In this document: one piece after another, positions 40,101-53,912 of the stretch
How positions within the stretch are numbered: the stretch's first letter is position 1
Layout: every line of letters starts with the position of its first letter
Source of the DNA: Raillietiella orientalis
Taxonomy: Eukaryota
Length of the DNA: 64,000 bases
Direction of reading: 5' to 3'
NCBI GenBank assembly: GCA_036172245.1
Contig: JAYWIR010000001.1
Location: 4,030,001-4,094,000 of the forward strand
Notes under the pieces: model-generated
What the model saw: the letters and a program-made list of their open reading frames with translations, nothing else
Database searches by the model: none
Told to the model about the DNA's origin: nothing
Program-made: the position numbers and the translations under genes

Positions 40101-40899
40101 AGGAAACAGGAAAAGGAAATCTGGAGATCCATCGAGGAGTAATAAAGTCTGGAACCTCTCGAATGTGTAGTGCAGTTTGGAATTCGATCCTGACCTTTGA
40201 ATCAATGGACCGTGCTTTTTAATATAAGGAAGAGCAGAACTGGAAAAAAAAATAAAAGGGAACGGAACGAATGAATATTTTCAATGGCTCTGCATCTCGT
40301 TCTTTCGGTAGCCTCCGAAAATTTTCGGTTCGCCCTTGATTTGGGTGTTCCTCTTCAGTTTAGCCTCCAGAACATCCCAGTCAAGCTGGTGTCCTGCAGA
40401 CTGCTCGTGGTGTAAAATTGCCGCTTTCACCCCTAGTTGATGGAGAGAGATGACTTTCCCAATTAAAAGGCGAAGAGCGACGGAGGTTTTCTTTCGGACT
40501 AACAAATCCGTGTTTCATTCTTTTGCTGCAGAATCATGCAGTTCCTCCATTGCGGAACTGAGATCTTCGAGATTTTCAGCTGATTAATCCAACGATAAAG
40601 ATAAAGGAAGATTCAAAAATTCCATTGGAAAGAGTTGTGCTTACCAATAAGCGTCTTTACTAGGACCAGCCGAAGACGCAGAGAGGGCTGCGTGTGAACC
40701 CCACAGGATATAGGCAAGAACTCTCATTCGATGTGAACCCGGAACTGGGCCACAATCTGGGGGGACCAGGAGGCAGGCAGCACCGACGAAGCTTGAAGTG
40801 GGTACAAGCGGCCAGTCAGAGACCAAAAGGTGGGTACCCAGCAACGAGACTCGGCGCTGACTGCAGCAAGTCAAGCTAGGGACTAAGGTGAAATGACCA

Positions 40900-41800
40900 C
40901 CGTCCGGACCCCAACAGGGCCGTTCATAATGGAGCCCCAGCATTTCCACATCTTAGACAGCTTCGCAAATCGCTGAAGACTAAAGCGAAGGATATCGCAA
41001 TCAAGTGCACGGAGACGCATCCTGCTCCAAGAGACTACCAGATGCGGCTCCTTGAACTTGATTACGACGACGACATGCGGAAAGTTCTCCCAGCAGTGAC
41101 ATACATAAAGGCCAGTTGCTTTGGGGGGCCACTCTAAGCAGCAGCAATTCAGTGAAAGCCTTTTCCTCAATTTGATCAGCAGACAGATCAATCAATCTCT
41201 AAAAATAACACGTCTCTGATGCTCTTTCAAGTACACAGGATGAGAGGGAGTTGTTGTACCCTCCAGCACTCTCGCTATCGGGTTTTACCGTTGACTCCTT
41301 GGAATTCCTGATGCCAGCGCCTTTCGAGATCCCTAGGCGAATTCTAGGATGATCACAACATTCTCTTCGGTGCTACCGTGCTCACGAGGAGGTCTCTCAG
41401 AACAGCACGAAGACGGAGAGACTTGTTATTCGATGGTACACATTCACCACAAAAAGATGGATGCTTCCAGATCACATCTAGCTCAGATCCGGGAGGCAGC
41501 CTCCCCTTCCTTGGAAGACTTCCAGGATGATGAAAGGCTGTTTAACACCAAATAAGTTATCCTCTCTGGCAGTTCTTCCCTTGACCCTTTAAGAGCTGCA
41601 CTTGCAGACTGTGGATGAGCTTTTTTTCCATGGTTGTAGTCATTTTATGAGCTTCTTCCAGATACCTGATGGTTTCATGTTTTAGGAGGCTCTATTAGTT
41701 GTCCTTATCGGATTGGTGCCTTCGCTGATTCTCCAGGATGCCAGGACTCCTCCCTGATCTTCTCCGTAGACAACAGGAACTGGGGCATTCAGTGTCGAGT
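40900..41800 (-). mobile_element. Decayed LINE endonuclease fragment
   Basis: 'LFVVNVYH' near 41435-41460 followed by a frameshifted GDFN-like remnant near 41330. Confidence 0.35.
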
Positions 41801-42899
41801 GGTGTTGGTTTCTTTGGTTTTCACAACCCGCTGCTCCTTTGGCTAGATGATGGTCAGCATTTGGCGATCCTGATTTACCTCCTCGCAAGCTGAATCCTTC
41901 TCCGGCAGGCCGTGCTCTTTATGATCGTATTCCGAGGTGCACCCTGCTAGGCTGCTCTCGTTGTCTGTATCCTTCGATGTTTGGTGCTGTTGCCTACTGG
42001 TCGCTAGTCTTACCGCTTGCGGTCTCGTTCCGTTAGGACCACTGGACCAATGCTTTTGTACAGCTTCAAATGGATACTGTGACTCGCTGGAATCGGGTGT
42101 GGTGGTTCCCCTGATCAGAGTTGCGGCCTGCTGCCCTTTCAGGGCTTCGTTTCCAGCCGCCGATATAGACGGATGCGAGAGATTCGTTCTTTTTTGCAGG
42201 CGCGTCGCGGGTTTCGTTAGGAGGCGTGGTAAGAGTTGCGAGAAGTTCATTCCGCGACTACATTGCAATGGATGCTGCCGCGGTTACCGTGCAGTGGAAG
42301 CGTTTGGAAAAGTTTCACGCCCTGAAGGACCGAGAGTGAACACAACGCTTCACAAAGACAACGGGAGTCACGATGGATGGTTTTCCTCATTCTCGAGTTT
42401 TTCGCTCACTGTTTCTAAACCTGCTCACGCAGATTCATGGTCAGCTCGTTCGCTCTTTGCTTCTTCAGGAGAAGTCAAAGAAGGTTCATCAGGTCTGCTA
42501 GTTCTAGGATCTCTTTCCCACTCAAGTGGAAGGGATGCTCTCCAATGTGCACAGTTCCATCCTGGATCAACTTTTCGATTTCCGAGCTTCTCGTAGAGTT
42601 GAGAGCCTTGTTCGTCTCGGTTTCCCTTCAGATTTTGGGATGACTATCTCATACCCTGTTGGAAAATCCTTGTCTCAAGATAGTCGCTGTCGAATATAGA
42701 GCTGCACTTCAGTTCCACGGCTCGCGGGAGTTAAGCTTTAGTGTTTTCCTCACGCACGTCCATCTCACTCAAAGCAGGTTTGAAGGCTTGGTAGCCGAGG
42801 TTTACAAGAAGAAAAATCCTTCCCAGCCTTTTCACTCTCCAATTGAATTAAACATTTTCATATGCTATTTGCGCTTTGGAATTTTTTTTCACGTCGAGG

Positions 42900-43980
42900 A
42901 GACCATCTCCAAAAGACAGTTTTCCTCTAATAAGCTTTGATAAGGTTATTTTGGCCCTTTGAGGCACGCCAATCCTACTCGAATCTTCTCAACAACTGAA
43001 TGATGTCTGCGCTCATGGCCTAGACAATAAACTGGACTAAACGCCGATCCCACCTGGAAGAGAAGCAGGCACTGGTGAGGGTCAACCACCTGAAAATCGT
43101 GCCTCGAAGCAAGGAAGTCTAGAACGAAGAATTGGTCTTTGTGATTCCCTGCTTCATCCTCGTTCCGTGGGAGACGCAGGAATGGATACATCGCAGACCA
43201 AGGATGAGAATAGAGGACTGTAAACACTTCGTGACTAGTGGCAGCCGCCACCAAATATGGATGTTCTGTCATTTTCAGAAATTGCTAGAAAGATTCATCT
43301 ACCGGAAACGCGAGGTGTGGATACACCAAGGAAATGCGTGGTACCGGGTGATCAAGAAGACTTTTAAAGGTCTTCTTTACACTGGAAGGCAACAAGGCGA
43401 CTCTCTCGCCACCACTACCAGCCTCTAGAAGTGCCACAATGTGATCTTGCGAGTGGCTGGAGAGATCGTGTGGCGCAGAGACCTACCACTCAACACTCAG
43501 AATGACCTCTTGGTGTTTTATCATGGAGGCGTTCTGAATGCCACCAGATTGGCACATTAGACAGGCGACAGTCAGGACGAGAGATGCAGAGCCATGTAGA
43601 GGCAGGGCAAACCAACTCCACATTCCCGCATGTCCGACGCTTTGTCAAGATTGGACGATGCTGAAGGCGGTGACCGGCTTGCAGAGTCATACTACCATGG
43701 AGACCTTGGAGGGAATGTTCTAAGGGGACGGGAACATCCCTCGATACAACCCCATGGTTCGCACTACCATCGCCTTCTTCATCACGAGAGTCGTGATAAG
43801 GACAAAGATGAGAAAACCCGGAGCCAAGGTGCCTTCCATAAACCTCGAGCACGTAGTGATAAAGAAGGAAATAGGGATAAGGAACTGCGGCAAGATACCG
43901 CCTGGACGTACCGTTACATTTTGAAGAAGATCGCGGACGTTGCCCAAGCGAGTGAAATGCCCTCCGGTCTCCAGTGACCC
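42900..43980 (-). mobile_element. Decayed 5'-truncated L1/Tx1-like RT fragment
   Basis: Ordered remnants 'TVRPGG' / 'PYFLLYHYVLEV' (GVRQGCPLSP.L...VLE), 'LCPYHDS' (YADD-like), 'LY...NIPSK', 'LYMALHL' (KYLGI-like) and 'LPGGIGV' (GGLG). Confidence 0.5.
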
Positions 43981-43999
43981 TATCGAAAGATTAAAAGCA

Positions 44000-46050
44000 A
44001 CACTATTTCCGAAAATGTGAACCAAGTGCGAGAGAATGAGCATGCCCGAATGAGTGTGGACTGTTGAAAATTGTCGGTAAATAAATCCACCCCACCGCTT
44101 GTCAGACCTGGTGAAAAGCTTGTTTTGAACGAGAGAAGGTAGCCTTTCAAGAATTTCAGGCGGACAGACTTTTTCGTATTCTCCCGACAGACGAGAATGT
44201 GGAGAACTGAAGTCGAGATCAGCTTTTAAGATCATCATTAGATGGAAGAGCCTCTATTGTTCTTTAACTCTTCTGGGTGAAGGGATCAAACACACTACGC
44301 AAAGCGTTGTGCAGATATCCTGAATGCCTGGTGTCCAATGGTGACACATGAAGCCCTGAGTTATCGCGGGCTCTCATAGGCCTCCGATAGCTGGGAGTGA
44401 GGGTCAGTGAGCTTCTACTTACAGCCTCATAGAAAAATCTAACATCACCATGTTGATAACTTCCATAACTTTATTCACGTGTTACACTAGAAAGAGAACT
44501 TGGGTTGTACCCAACTCATTCTTATATTCAAGCAGTTGGCCAAGAAGAATCCAAGAAACTGAAGATTCTCGAACTATGGAGTCGTTTCTCTTTTACATAT
44601 CTTAGGGCATCTTCTGGATTCATTTTCAGGTGGCCTTGGCATAAGCAGTGACTACAGTAGCCCAGCGTGGCACATCTTTCGAAGCAGTGCACCAGGACCA
44701 TGTGCATTCATCAGACTCATGTGCCTTGTCAAGAAAATCGAAATGCTTCCGGGGAACATGGAGAGATTTTCTCTATGCAGCTATCAATAACTGAAATCTC
44801 GAGGTAATTTCTCTCCTGGACGAATTCTGGTCGTGGGCAAGTGATAACAACATTCAATACATGGATGTCAGTATCACTTTTCAGCTCTGAAAGGTGAGAT
44901 GCGGGAATCTTGAGGCCAGAAGAGAAGAACGCTTTGCACTTCGAAGAAATCATCTCACAGTGTGAGATGATGTCTGAGATGTTGGGCATTTCACAGAGCT
45001 TCATCAGTTTGTATCACATACGTGGGCGGCGTTGCAGGGAAGATGAGACCTCAAGAACCTGGAATCTCTGTGACTAGATAGCCATTGGGCATTTAAGATG
45101 AGCTACTAAGGTACACGTTCACGATAACTGGAGACATCTTTCCTGTTACCTTCATCACAAAGGGAACCCACTGGTTATCCAGAATCACACAAACAAAACT
45201 CTCTTTCGCTGTCAGTGTTGCGTGTCCGTGCTTTCTGCATGTCTTCCGGATAAGCAAGAGTGAAGTTTGAAGTTTCCGGCTAGCGAAAATCGCACCTAGG
45301 TAGAATCTCTTCGGCCACAATACTGGCACTGAAGAGAGCTGGGTGACCAATCAGTGACCGACAGATTGGAACTCTGGTAGGGAAGAGCCTCAGGAGCGAC
45401 GGGATCTTGGAAGCATCTCTTTCGAGAGCTCGTGCAAGATCTCTAATTTCTGCAGCTTTGAAAAAATTGCGAGGATCCCTCATTTGCACCTCCGCATCAC
45501 AGACATGGCATCGGGATTGCAAGAAGACCAGCTCAGACCAGCTCAAATCACAAAATGCCAAATCTTGGGATTGCTCGTGTCCTCAACTTGTTTTATGCAA
45601 ATGCTCGTATCTTTATGCTGTTTCAGAGTCCCATCATACAGCTGGAGGGGTTAAGTGAATACAGTTTTGGCAATTTTAGGGCAGACTCTGCTTTATTTTT
45701 CGCTTGTTTCTTCTTCGGTGAAGAAATAGGAATGCCTTCTGGTTTCTGGCGAGCTGAATTGCACTGAACCTTCCAATGCATTGCCTCGAGTTTCAAAGTG
45801 TGTCTCCAAAGGAACGTCTTGAAATGCGAGAATGTATGAAAATCGTAGGTTGGCATGGTAACGCGGACTTCAGATCTGTAGGAATCATCGAATCAAGAAC
45901 CAGTAGTCTTCCCATTTGAAATCTTTTCATGGATTCCTGATTCCAAATGGATCATCAAATGCGGACATCGAGGAAGCTTTGAGGCACTTCATCTTATTTC
46001 CGATATCAAAGGAACAATAAGGAAAACAGGAAGATGAATTGGGCTATATC
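44000..46050 (-). pseudogene. Decayed LRR (Toll-like) ectodomain segment
   Basis: 'LKLPKLYSLN', 'IRDLARALERDASKIPSLLRL', 'LEISVIDSCIEKISPCSPEAF' and 'VCPPEILE' appear in successive minus-strand ORFs. Confidence 0.5.
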
Positions 46051-46199
46051 TACTAGATGAATTGGACTCGTTTTTTTTACCCCATTTTTTTCATTGTGCG
46101 GCATCATTAATTGAACTGCTACTTGGAGTTTAGCAATTTCTCATCAACAAATCATAACTCTTTCTTAGCAAGCACCACCTTTCAGTTTCAAGTAAGATT

Positions 46200-47450
46200 T
46201 ATGACGTAATGACCTAATCTGAAATAACTGCCTCTAAAAAAAAGAGAAATCCAGACCGAAAAAGGCGTATATAGTAGTTTCGAAGTCTCCAGTCACATCA
46301 TTTTTTCCACTTCTGTCATCCCGTTTGTACAGGAGCAAACAATCTATCTGTAAGCTCGTGTCCAATTTGTCTTCCTCCTTCACAGTCACACCATCTTCCA
46401 TCGATCGAAATCACGCGCATTCCCAAGGCATCTGCGGTGAGAGTTGGCTTTGGCGACAGGATGAGTGCGATCACCAATTTCCGTTTCTCATCTGAATTCG
46501 CTGCAGGCACGAGAGGACCAGTCACTTACTGCAAGAAATTCCCATGGCCAAAAAAGGGTCCACGAGGCTGTCTGATCTAATTGTGCACCGCGAAATGATC
46601 ACTTGGGTTCAGCTCATTAGAAACGGAAAACGGGGAAAGAGAATTACTTTGACTGAAGTGTCGTCAAACCGATTCAGGAATTTAGAATCTCCTGTTGGTC
46701 CTAAGCAGGAAGCTATTCCTGATTACCACAACTTAGTTTGAAGAAATATATATATATATAGGATGCCTGCCATGCCGTTCTTGAGATCTTGCCAAGCCGA
46801 ACTTGCTGAACATTCAAACGAGGAAAACTGGTATCTGTTCCTAAACTATGAACCTGGAGTACTCCCGAAGTGGTTGCTCTTACACCAAGGAGTCCGAATA
46901 AAGAAATAGGTGCCGTGAGCCACATTTTAAAGGAGAAATGACCCACAACGAAGCCACGTAAGGGAAAAAAAGTGCGGACAAACCGGTAATTCAAATTCTT
47001 TCCTTGTGCTTAGAGTAGCCTTACCACTTACTACCTCATTTGGCGCATGACTCCAACATGCAAGACATGAACTTGAGGTTAATGAAGAATAGAGGATAGC
47101 TTTTCATCCATTGTGTTCACACACTTGGTGCAAACCATCTTGATCGAGATATGGATCGACTTCACAAGTACGGGGAAGATTGTTTCTTCCTTCAACAACG
47201 CTGCTCTCTGTAAGGAAATGTCGGGGAGGATCCAAAACAAAGAAGAGAAGCACTCAGACACCATGTGAGGCAATGATACGAATCGCCACAAAGAAGAATC
47301 CACCCTTCAGTAGCGCTCCACGTCAACTCCAGGCCCGACGCGCTCACAAAGATGGGATACTAACTTTCGTTTCGCTTTACTTTTCCCTCCAGCCATTGGG
47401 AACAATGTCAAACAGCAGCTCCTTAAAATGAAACATCTCACGAGGACCTT
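46200..47450 (-). pseudogene. Decayed Toll-like C-terminal segment (LRR-TM-TIR)
   Basis: 'VSECFSSLFWILPDISLQ' (47079..47303), hydrophobic 'WLTAPISLFGLLGV' (46713..46994) and 'KRKLVIALILSPK' (46316..46525) occur in LRR-TM-TIR order. Confidence 0.5.
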
Positions 47451-47659
47451 TCATCTTAACTCCGAGACGAACTGGCACCGTTCGTGACCGTACGCAAAGA
47501 TAACGTGCAAAGATAAGGAAGGCTTGGAGCGAACACGCTACGCAAAGATATTTCTTGATCTGCTACGTGCTTACATGAATAGCATTTTTTTTTTAATGTA
47601 CGTACCGTGTGTCTTGTTTCGCGTTATGCATCTCTGGCGCAATACTCAAAGGATGTAAA

Positions 47660-49450
47660 TTATCCGTATGTGTTTTCCATCAATAGTATGAACACGGCAT
47701 ATTGGGTTCCTGTACATAACTGGATCTTGTATTCACTGTATTGGTATCGCTCATGAGTCTGTGGATCTTTCAAGCCGCACCCTCCATCACGATACCGGTT
47801 TCTGCTTCGTTTTTGGTGTATTCTGCATGCTCTGGAGATGCTGAGGAAGAAGCGAGCTCTTTCCCTTTGAAGCATTCCACAAAGCAAACACTCAGCTTCG
47901 TATTTTGGGATTAATATTGCAGCAGACGTATATTTCAGATGTCTTCTGTAATGTTTATCTGTGCATGAGTGATCTAGAGTAGACATATATCATTTGTTCG
48001 TGCTAGATAAATGGAATATATGCCTGCTGTAACATTTGTCTAGAGCAAACAAATGATGGTATAAAGCATTTGCATGGTGCCCTCATCATCCGGAGATATC
48101 AAACTGGAGACCTACCCGGAATGATCGTGCACTCTCTCTGCCGATGAGATCAGCAAACATATTTGCGTGTAATCGGCTCCACTACCGCGGTTTCACAGAT
48201 TTAGGAAATGAAATCAACTTTACTGAGCCTTCTTGAAGTCCAGGCTTCCGTAGGTCTGGTGGCACATTATGGAAATCAGATTGATATTCCCGGCAGTGGG
48301 ATCTATGACAAAAAAAGAAAACGAGAATCTTTCTACTCTGGGCATTCTACGGATGGCAAAATCAGCACTGCTGAAGTAAGAACAGGGTGTCATGGAAGGC
48401 TATCCAATGGAAGCGGAATTTTAAACGATCAGCTGTTTTCCGTGGTCCAAAGACATACGGAACATCCAGGATTTGAGGAGGTAGAAGAGCCTAAGTGGTC
48501 ATAAGGGGGTTGTCAGCAATATGTGGGGAAAGAAAGGCAGCTCTCTATTTACAGCAGCTGCTATTCTTGGGCAGCCGGAGAAATGAATTACTGCTCGGAA
48601 ATGTATACGAGACCAAGGCATTCTAGTACAAAGGGACGAAGACTGAAATCTGTACCGTTTGATTGTAATGCACGAGTGCAAGTGCACGAGAAACCCATGC
48701 TTTGAAGCTCTGTTTCAAAGAGTCGAGTTTCAAGATTCCTAAACAAATCAAATGACGCAGGTTCGAAAACATCATGGATGATTGCCTCGCTGCCCGTCCG
48801 GAAGTACTGCTTCTACATCGTGGTCCTCTTTAGAGCTTCTCCTCACAAGGAGATTCAAGCTCCTGAAAAGAGATAAAGTTTACAGGATGAACGAACGTTT
48901 CGTGGCGAAATTACGAATCAGTCGCTCCACTCGAGGAACCTGTCGTATGGACCAGATAAAACTCTTCCACCCGTGTGATTCCTCCGGTGAAAGTTCCCAG
49001 TTGAGAGCTCCCATAGTGCAAAGGGCCCGGAAGCCAATGAAACTTGAAGGTTCGGGATTCTTCCGGCAGAACATTAAATCAAATCAGATCGGGAGACTTG
49101 TCTGAGGATTATCAATTCACCAAGCGTCATCAAGCAATGTTCTTCACGATTCCAACAGTATGCATGTAGTTTCAAGGGATAAATCATGTTTCAAAATCCT
49201 TTTCCAATGGTACGAAAACACTGCAGAAATACAGCTGTCCAATGTGCACCGCCGTCTGATTATGCACTCTCCACTCCTTGTCAGCGTTTCTGAAGAGTAG
49301 CTGTCCATATCATCTTCAGGCGCCTTAGGTTAACTCTAATAATCCTACATGTAAAACTGGTATGATTTCATACCCTCCCATATATCCCTGATTCCCGAAG
49401 AATCCCAGAACTTTCGAAGAATTCCAAACTTATGATCACGTGTCTGTAGT
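47660..49450 (-). pseudogene. Decayed LRR (Toll-like) segment
   Basis: 'PEPSSFIGFRAL' (48880..49074) and 'SNPGCSVC' (LRRCT-like) near 48455-48480. Confidence 0.4.
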
Positions 49451-49749
49451 AAACCGATGCTTCCGTCTTATTCGTACAATCTGTGAGTACGTACTGTGAG
49501 TACAATCTGTGAGTGCTGGTTGAATTCAACGTTAAAATTTAACGTATAATGCAGAATACATAAAAACGAGGTAAAAATCGATACTGCGATGGAAAGTCGA
49601 AAGATCCCATTAGCTGTTCCAAGCCTTCTTAATAACCTCAGATATGCACAAGCTATCTCATTTGCAGAGCCTGTATAGCATCTTTTAAGAGTGTATTCGA
49701 GACGCAAACACCTTTGGAAATGAGGCATCCACGAAATTTCTGGAAACGA

Positions 49750-51200
49750 TGCTGCGGTGAAATTTCTTCCGGAGTGCACATGTTAAAAGGTTCTCATGCG
49801 ATTGTTCCATGAATTCCTTCCTCCCTTCCATCATTTCATAGATACGATCCAATCCAATGCCAGTCCACTCATTCTTTCCGAACCGAATGCATTTCCTAGT
49901 GCCTTGCTTGCGACTTACTGCTCCTCTTCGTTCTCTTCAAGCGACACCCTCAGCACCTACACAAAAAGTTCAAGAAATAGCTTCAGCCCACTGCACTATT
50001 GGGGCGGTTTGATATATTCCCTTCTCATCAAGGAACCCACAGGTTTAGGGAGACCCTCCATTCGCAATGGCGAAAGTTTCCAAGAATTTGTTTCAGTTGT
50101 TGCCCTGCGTAATCCTCGGCCCAATTGCAGGAGGACTCCTCCTGCAATTGGGAAAAACTGACTCTTGCTCCCCTTTTTAAGCTAAGCACCTCTTCTACCA
50201 CTCATAGATGAAACTTCTAATCCAAGGAGATGAACACATTCCTTAGAAATTTGATGTCGGAACAAAGGTGGTGATTGCCGATGAGAACGGAGCTTTCGAA
50301 AGCCGTCCCAAGAAAGCCACAAGTACACTTGAGATAAAAAGGAGGGAGGAAGATGAAAGAAGCAGAAAGCCTACAGAGAACGGGGTAGCAAGAAATGGTG
50401 AGTAGTATAATGCCACTGAGTTTCACAGTTCTTTCGCCTCGAGTGAACACGACTAGTAGCGCTGAGAGCTTGTGAGAACATCTGTCTCAAAAACTACAGG
50501 GAAAAGACTAGTCTGATCCTTTTTTTTGCCCTGGATCAGAAAATAATGCAGTGTTCGACATACCCATAGCTGGCTTGAGAAGGAGAAGAAAGCAAACAGC
50601 AGTTCGGTGAAACAATCGACAAACAGCAGCTCATCAATAAACCTGATCTTAGGGTGAAAACAGAACTGTTGCCTCTCGCAAGCAGAGGGAAAAGACGGCG
50701 AGAATGTTCTGCTTACAAGCGGGCGATAAGGGAACCAACATGGTGCATGTGTTGCTTGGAACGTCTTCCTGGTCCCTGATGGAGCCAGTGGTACAAGAAG
50801 CAGTCCTGGAAATGAATATTCGTTGGAAACGTCCAGAACAAAGGAAATCCATTTGGAGCTTTGAATAAACGAGAGAGAGCTTCCATAAGTACCGATACAG
50901 CACCTCTTGGGATCTTCATCCGGTCAAGCAACAAGTCTGCAGAGATGGGTCCAGTTTCTAGGCGTTCCCTTTAAAGACTTGAAGATCCCCAGCTTCCTAA
51001 TAAGCGACTCATTCTTCCCTCCATGTTGCCAGCCAACGGCTATTTTTTTTTGTATGCACTGGATTCTCCCCTGAAGAGAGAAACGCCACCATGCCTCAGC
51101 AAAAAGAGTGTGTCAGAGTGCAACCACTGAGGTCTAGCAAAGATACCACCGCATGCCATCGCCGAATGTGGAAGGCTGGGTCTTGGGTCAGAGAGCATCG
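49750..51200 (-). pseudogene. Decayed Toll-like C-terminal segment (LRR-TM-TIR start)
   Basis: 50217..50450 has hydrophobic 'IILLTISCYPVLCRLSASFIFL' then 'FLRNVFISL' (resembles YDVFISY). An LRR-like 'NIHFQDCF' lies in 50713..50934. Confidence 0.45.
50120..50152. repeat. 33-bp palindrome (16-bp arms around one central base)
   Basis: cccaattgcaggagga-c-tcctcctgcaattggg. Confidence 0.95.
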
Positions 51201-51249
51201 CTGAGGCACTCTAGTTTCCCAATGCTGCCCTGAGGTACCATTCTAAAGA

Positions 51250-52250
51250 AATGTCTACTTTTACAGGCTCACAGGCTGCCTTGTCACTAGTGGTTCGGCC
51301 ACGTGCGAACAGCTGCGACCGCCAAAACGGAGGAGTGGTGTGGCTGTCGTTCCGAAGAGCTGCTCGTGGTCTCCATCACGTGCTTAAGGAGGACAACGGA
51401 ATGAAACTATCTGATATGTCAGAGTCCTGGGAACCTTCGAGCGATCCCGAGCCGACGAGCTCACCAATCTCAACTCTCCCCACCCGATGAATTCCTTTGG
51501 GAATCATGCTGAGCAACTTGAGGCCAATCCATTCCATTTCCCATTCGTTTCTTGCTGCTTCCTCCTCTCGCTCCACTTCTCCCCAGTTCTGTGCTCTGAA
51601 GAGAGCAGTCCCTTTGGTTTGGGGTCTGCACATGTCGGCTCTTCTCCAGCTCTATCTATGCTGAATAAATGGTCCGGAAATGCTGGATGAGATCATATAG
51701 CGCTTAGCTCTGCAGGACTTCTCATCTGAGTCCACAGAGAAACCATCCAGGCCAGTATCAATCTGCATCTGGAGAGATGAGCATTGATGTCGTGAAGTTC
51801 TGCCACGCGTTGCTCGAATGCACTTCATTCACTTCATTCTTTCTTTTGCAACGGATTGAGGTAAAAGTTAATGATTCCGAGTCAAGGGCGCATGAGCCGA
51901 CTATCATCCTGCGGAGCTCTGGTGGGTTGCTTACCGCGAGCAGCTCGTTCATCGAAGGATTCGCATGAATTTTGCATATCAAAGTCAGGGATGCTCGAAA
52001 GTGGATTGGCAACGTTTGGCTCGCTCCTCTACGATGTCTCCGAGAGGACGATTTTCAAGTGCAAGCAGGAGGTGCAAATGAGGCGCTGAAATCAAGAATC
52101 AGAACGTTGCCTGGGAATCAAGGTCTATCCAGGCGGGTTATTAGCCTCTCTTCTCGAATTCAGAACGCAGTTTTCCAAGGAAGGAGACGAGTAACAACCA
52201 ATGCATCTCATTCCTTGCTCCTCCCTCCCATCACCAGGACACTGCCACGA
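51250..52250 (+). mobile_element. Decayed LINE RT fragment
   Basis: 'NLRPIHSIS' (~51515, NYRPISLL-like), 'LQDFSS' (~51712) and 'SGMLESGLATFGSLLYDV' (~51985-52035) occur in RT order. Confidence 0.45.
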
Positions 52251-53319
52251 ACTTGATGTGGCGCTTCACCGGAAGCTAAGTCGGGGATACCCTTCTTTCC
52301 CTCAAACTTGTGCTTTGTTTTGTTTTGTTTTTTCAAAATAAACGTCCCGGCATGACCACGTTAAAACCTTCCTCCCGACAATATCAAAAGAATAAGCAGA
52401 CTGCAGGAGGATTGCTAGAGAAAGTGTACACCAGGTGTCCACTTCCACGCTGACGTGAACAAACACATGGTGAGCAGAACGTGACGTGCATCCGTGGACA
52501 AAGTATCCATGGACCTCCCAAACACAAATCCGGCCCTGACAGGGGTTTTGGAAATATAGACCGTTGGATGCGGGAACCTAGAAAGGGCCTATTTCTTTGG
52601 AGCAAATATGAGTGTACAATGCACAGAAAGGTTAAAAGAGTGTGCGTAGGCGAAGTATCCTTCGAGTATCCACCCATGACCTTTATTTCTTCAGATTAGA
52701 TGGGAGTAGAGCTGAATACGACCTGGATCAGATAGAACGGAGTCTGGAATCAAGGGACAGACCTTTAATCATGGGAACAGAAAATGTAGGCATTAATGAA
52801 TCGAAGACTTGCCCTTAAAGTAGGAATGCCAGCGAAATATCCTGCAAATAGTGCATTCCTACAGTACCAGAGAAAATGAAGCAATGGGGAGATCTACCTA
52901 TCTGTAATGAAGAAGATAGATTTCCAAGGAAGTCTGGAGCCGTCTGCTTGATCGAGGGGCCTCAAGGATACAGTGAAAACAAAATCCAAGGCAGACACAT
53001 CTAGAGGGAGACAATCTGGAAGAAGTGGCCGAGAAAACTTCAGCGGAAAGGCACATCTTCTTATCATGTGGGGGAAGGAAAAAAAACTTTCGGCAACAGC
53101 AAGAGGTAGGTAGAAGTGAGTCAGCGGACTGTACACATGAAGACAAGCCATCTGACTTCTGCTTGTATGCTCTGCATATCCCTGTGCAGAATTATTGGGA
53201 TGTGCTTCCCCAGAATCAATCCTCATCTCATTCCAGAAACATCCCTCAATCTCACAAACACTGTCCAAGACATGCGAAGTTGCGTGTAACTCTTCAAGTC
53301 GAAGTAGAATGAGGAGGGA

Positions 53320-53901
53320 CCACCTTATGAATCGAGGAGTACCAGAAGGAAAAATCCGTTCCTCTTACGCTTGGTAGGAAACATCGAAGGGAACCTCGTC
53401 ACTATTCTTTCCTGTGGGGCCACTCGGAGATAGGCATTCCTCGTTTCTTCTCCAATGGGAACCCGGAAATGATCTGCTCTTGGTTTCCTCCTCTGAAGAG
53501 TACCCCGGAGGAACGCTTCCCGATTTCTCTGGAGGGCGCTTCCCGAAGGATGCAGCGCGCTTCTTGCACTCTGGAGAGTCAACCCTCCGAGGAGGATATC
53601 AACCAGCTCCACGGAACGGCACTATTTTCACAACCGGAGGGGTTTAACTCTGAAGGTAACCGGCTCCTTGGTTCCTGAAATGACCTCAGATGGTCAGCTT
53701 CCAATCCTGGCCACTCAGAACAGGCATCCAATTTTCGCCTTTCTCCAGTGCCGCACCCTAAGCCTACAGGCCAACCAGCGTCATCCTGCGGTTAGGACTC
53801 GAAATCCACGACGCATCCATTTCTCAGCATCGATCCTTCATGTAGGGATTCGAACCCTCAAGACTTGGTACCACGCGCGGAGACCTTAGCCACAACACGG
53901 G
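53320..53901 (-). mobile_element. tRNA-headed SINE-like repeat, copy B
   Basis: Minus-strand head ...tggctaagg...gggttcgaatccc (A/B-box-like, forward ~53845-53895). Body shared with copies A and C. Confidence 0.75.
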
Positions 53902-53912
53902 CAAAAAAATTG

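Noticed and set aside
45093..45561. LINE endonuclease ('IVNVYL', 'LVFLQ')
   Set aside because: Neighbouring frames fit LRR patterns better. The ambiguity remains and needs an HMM search.
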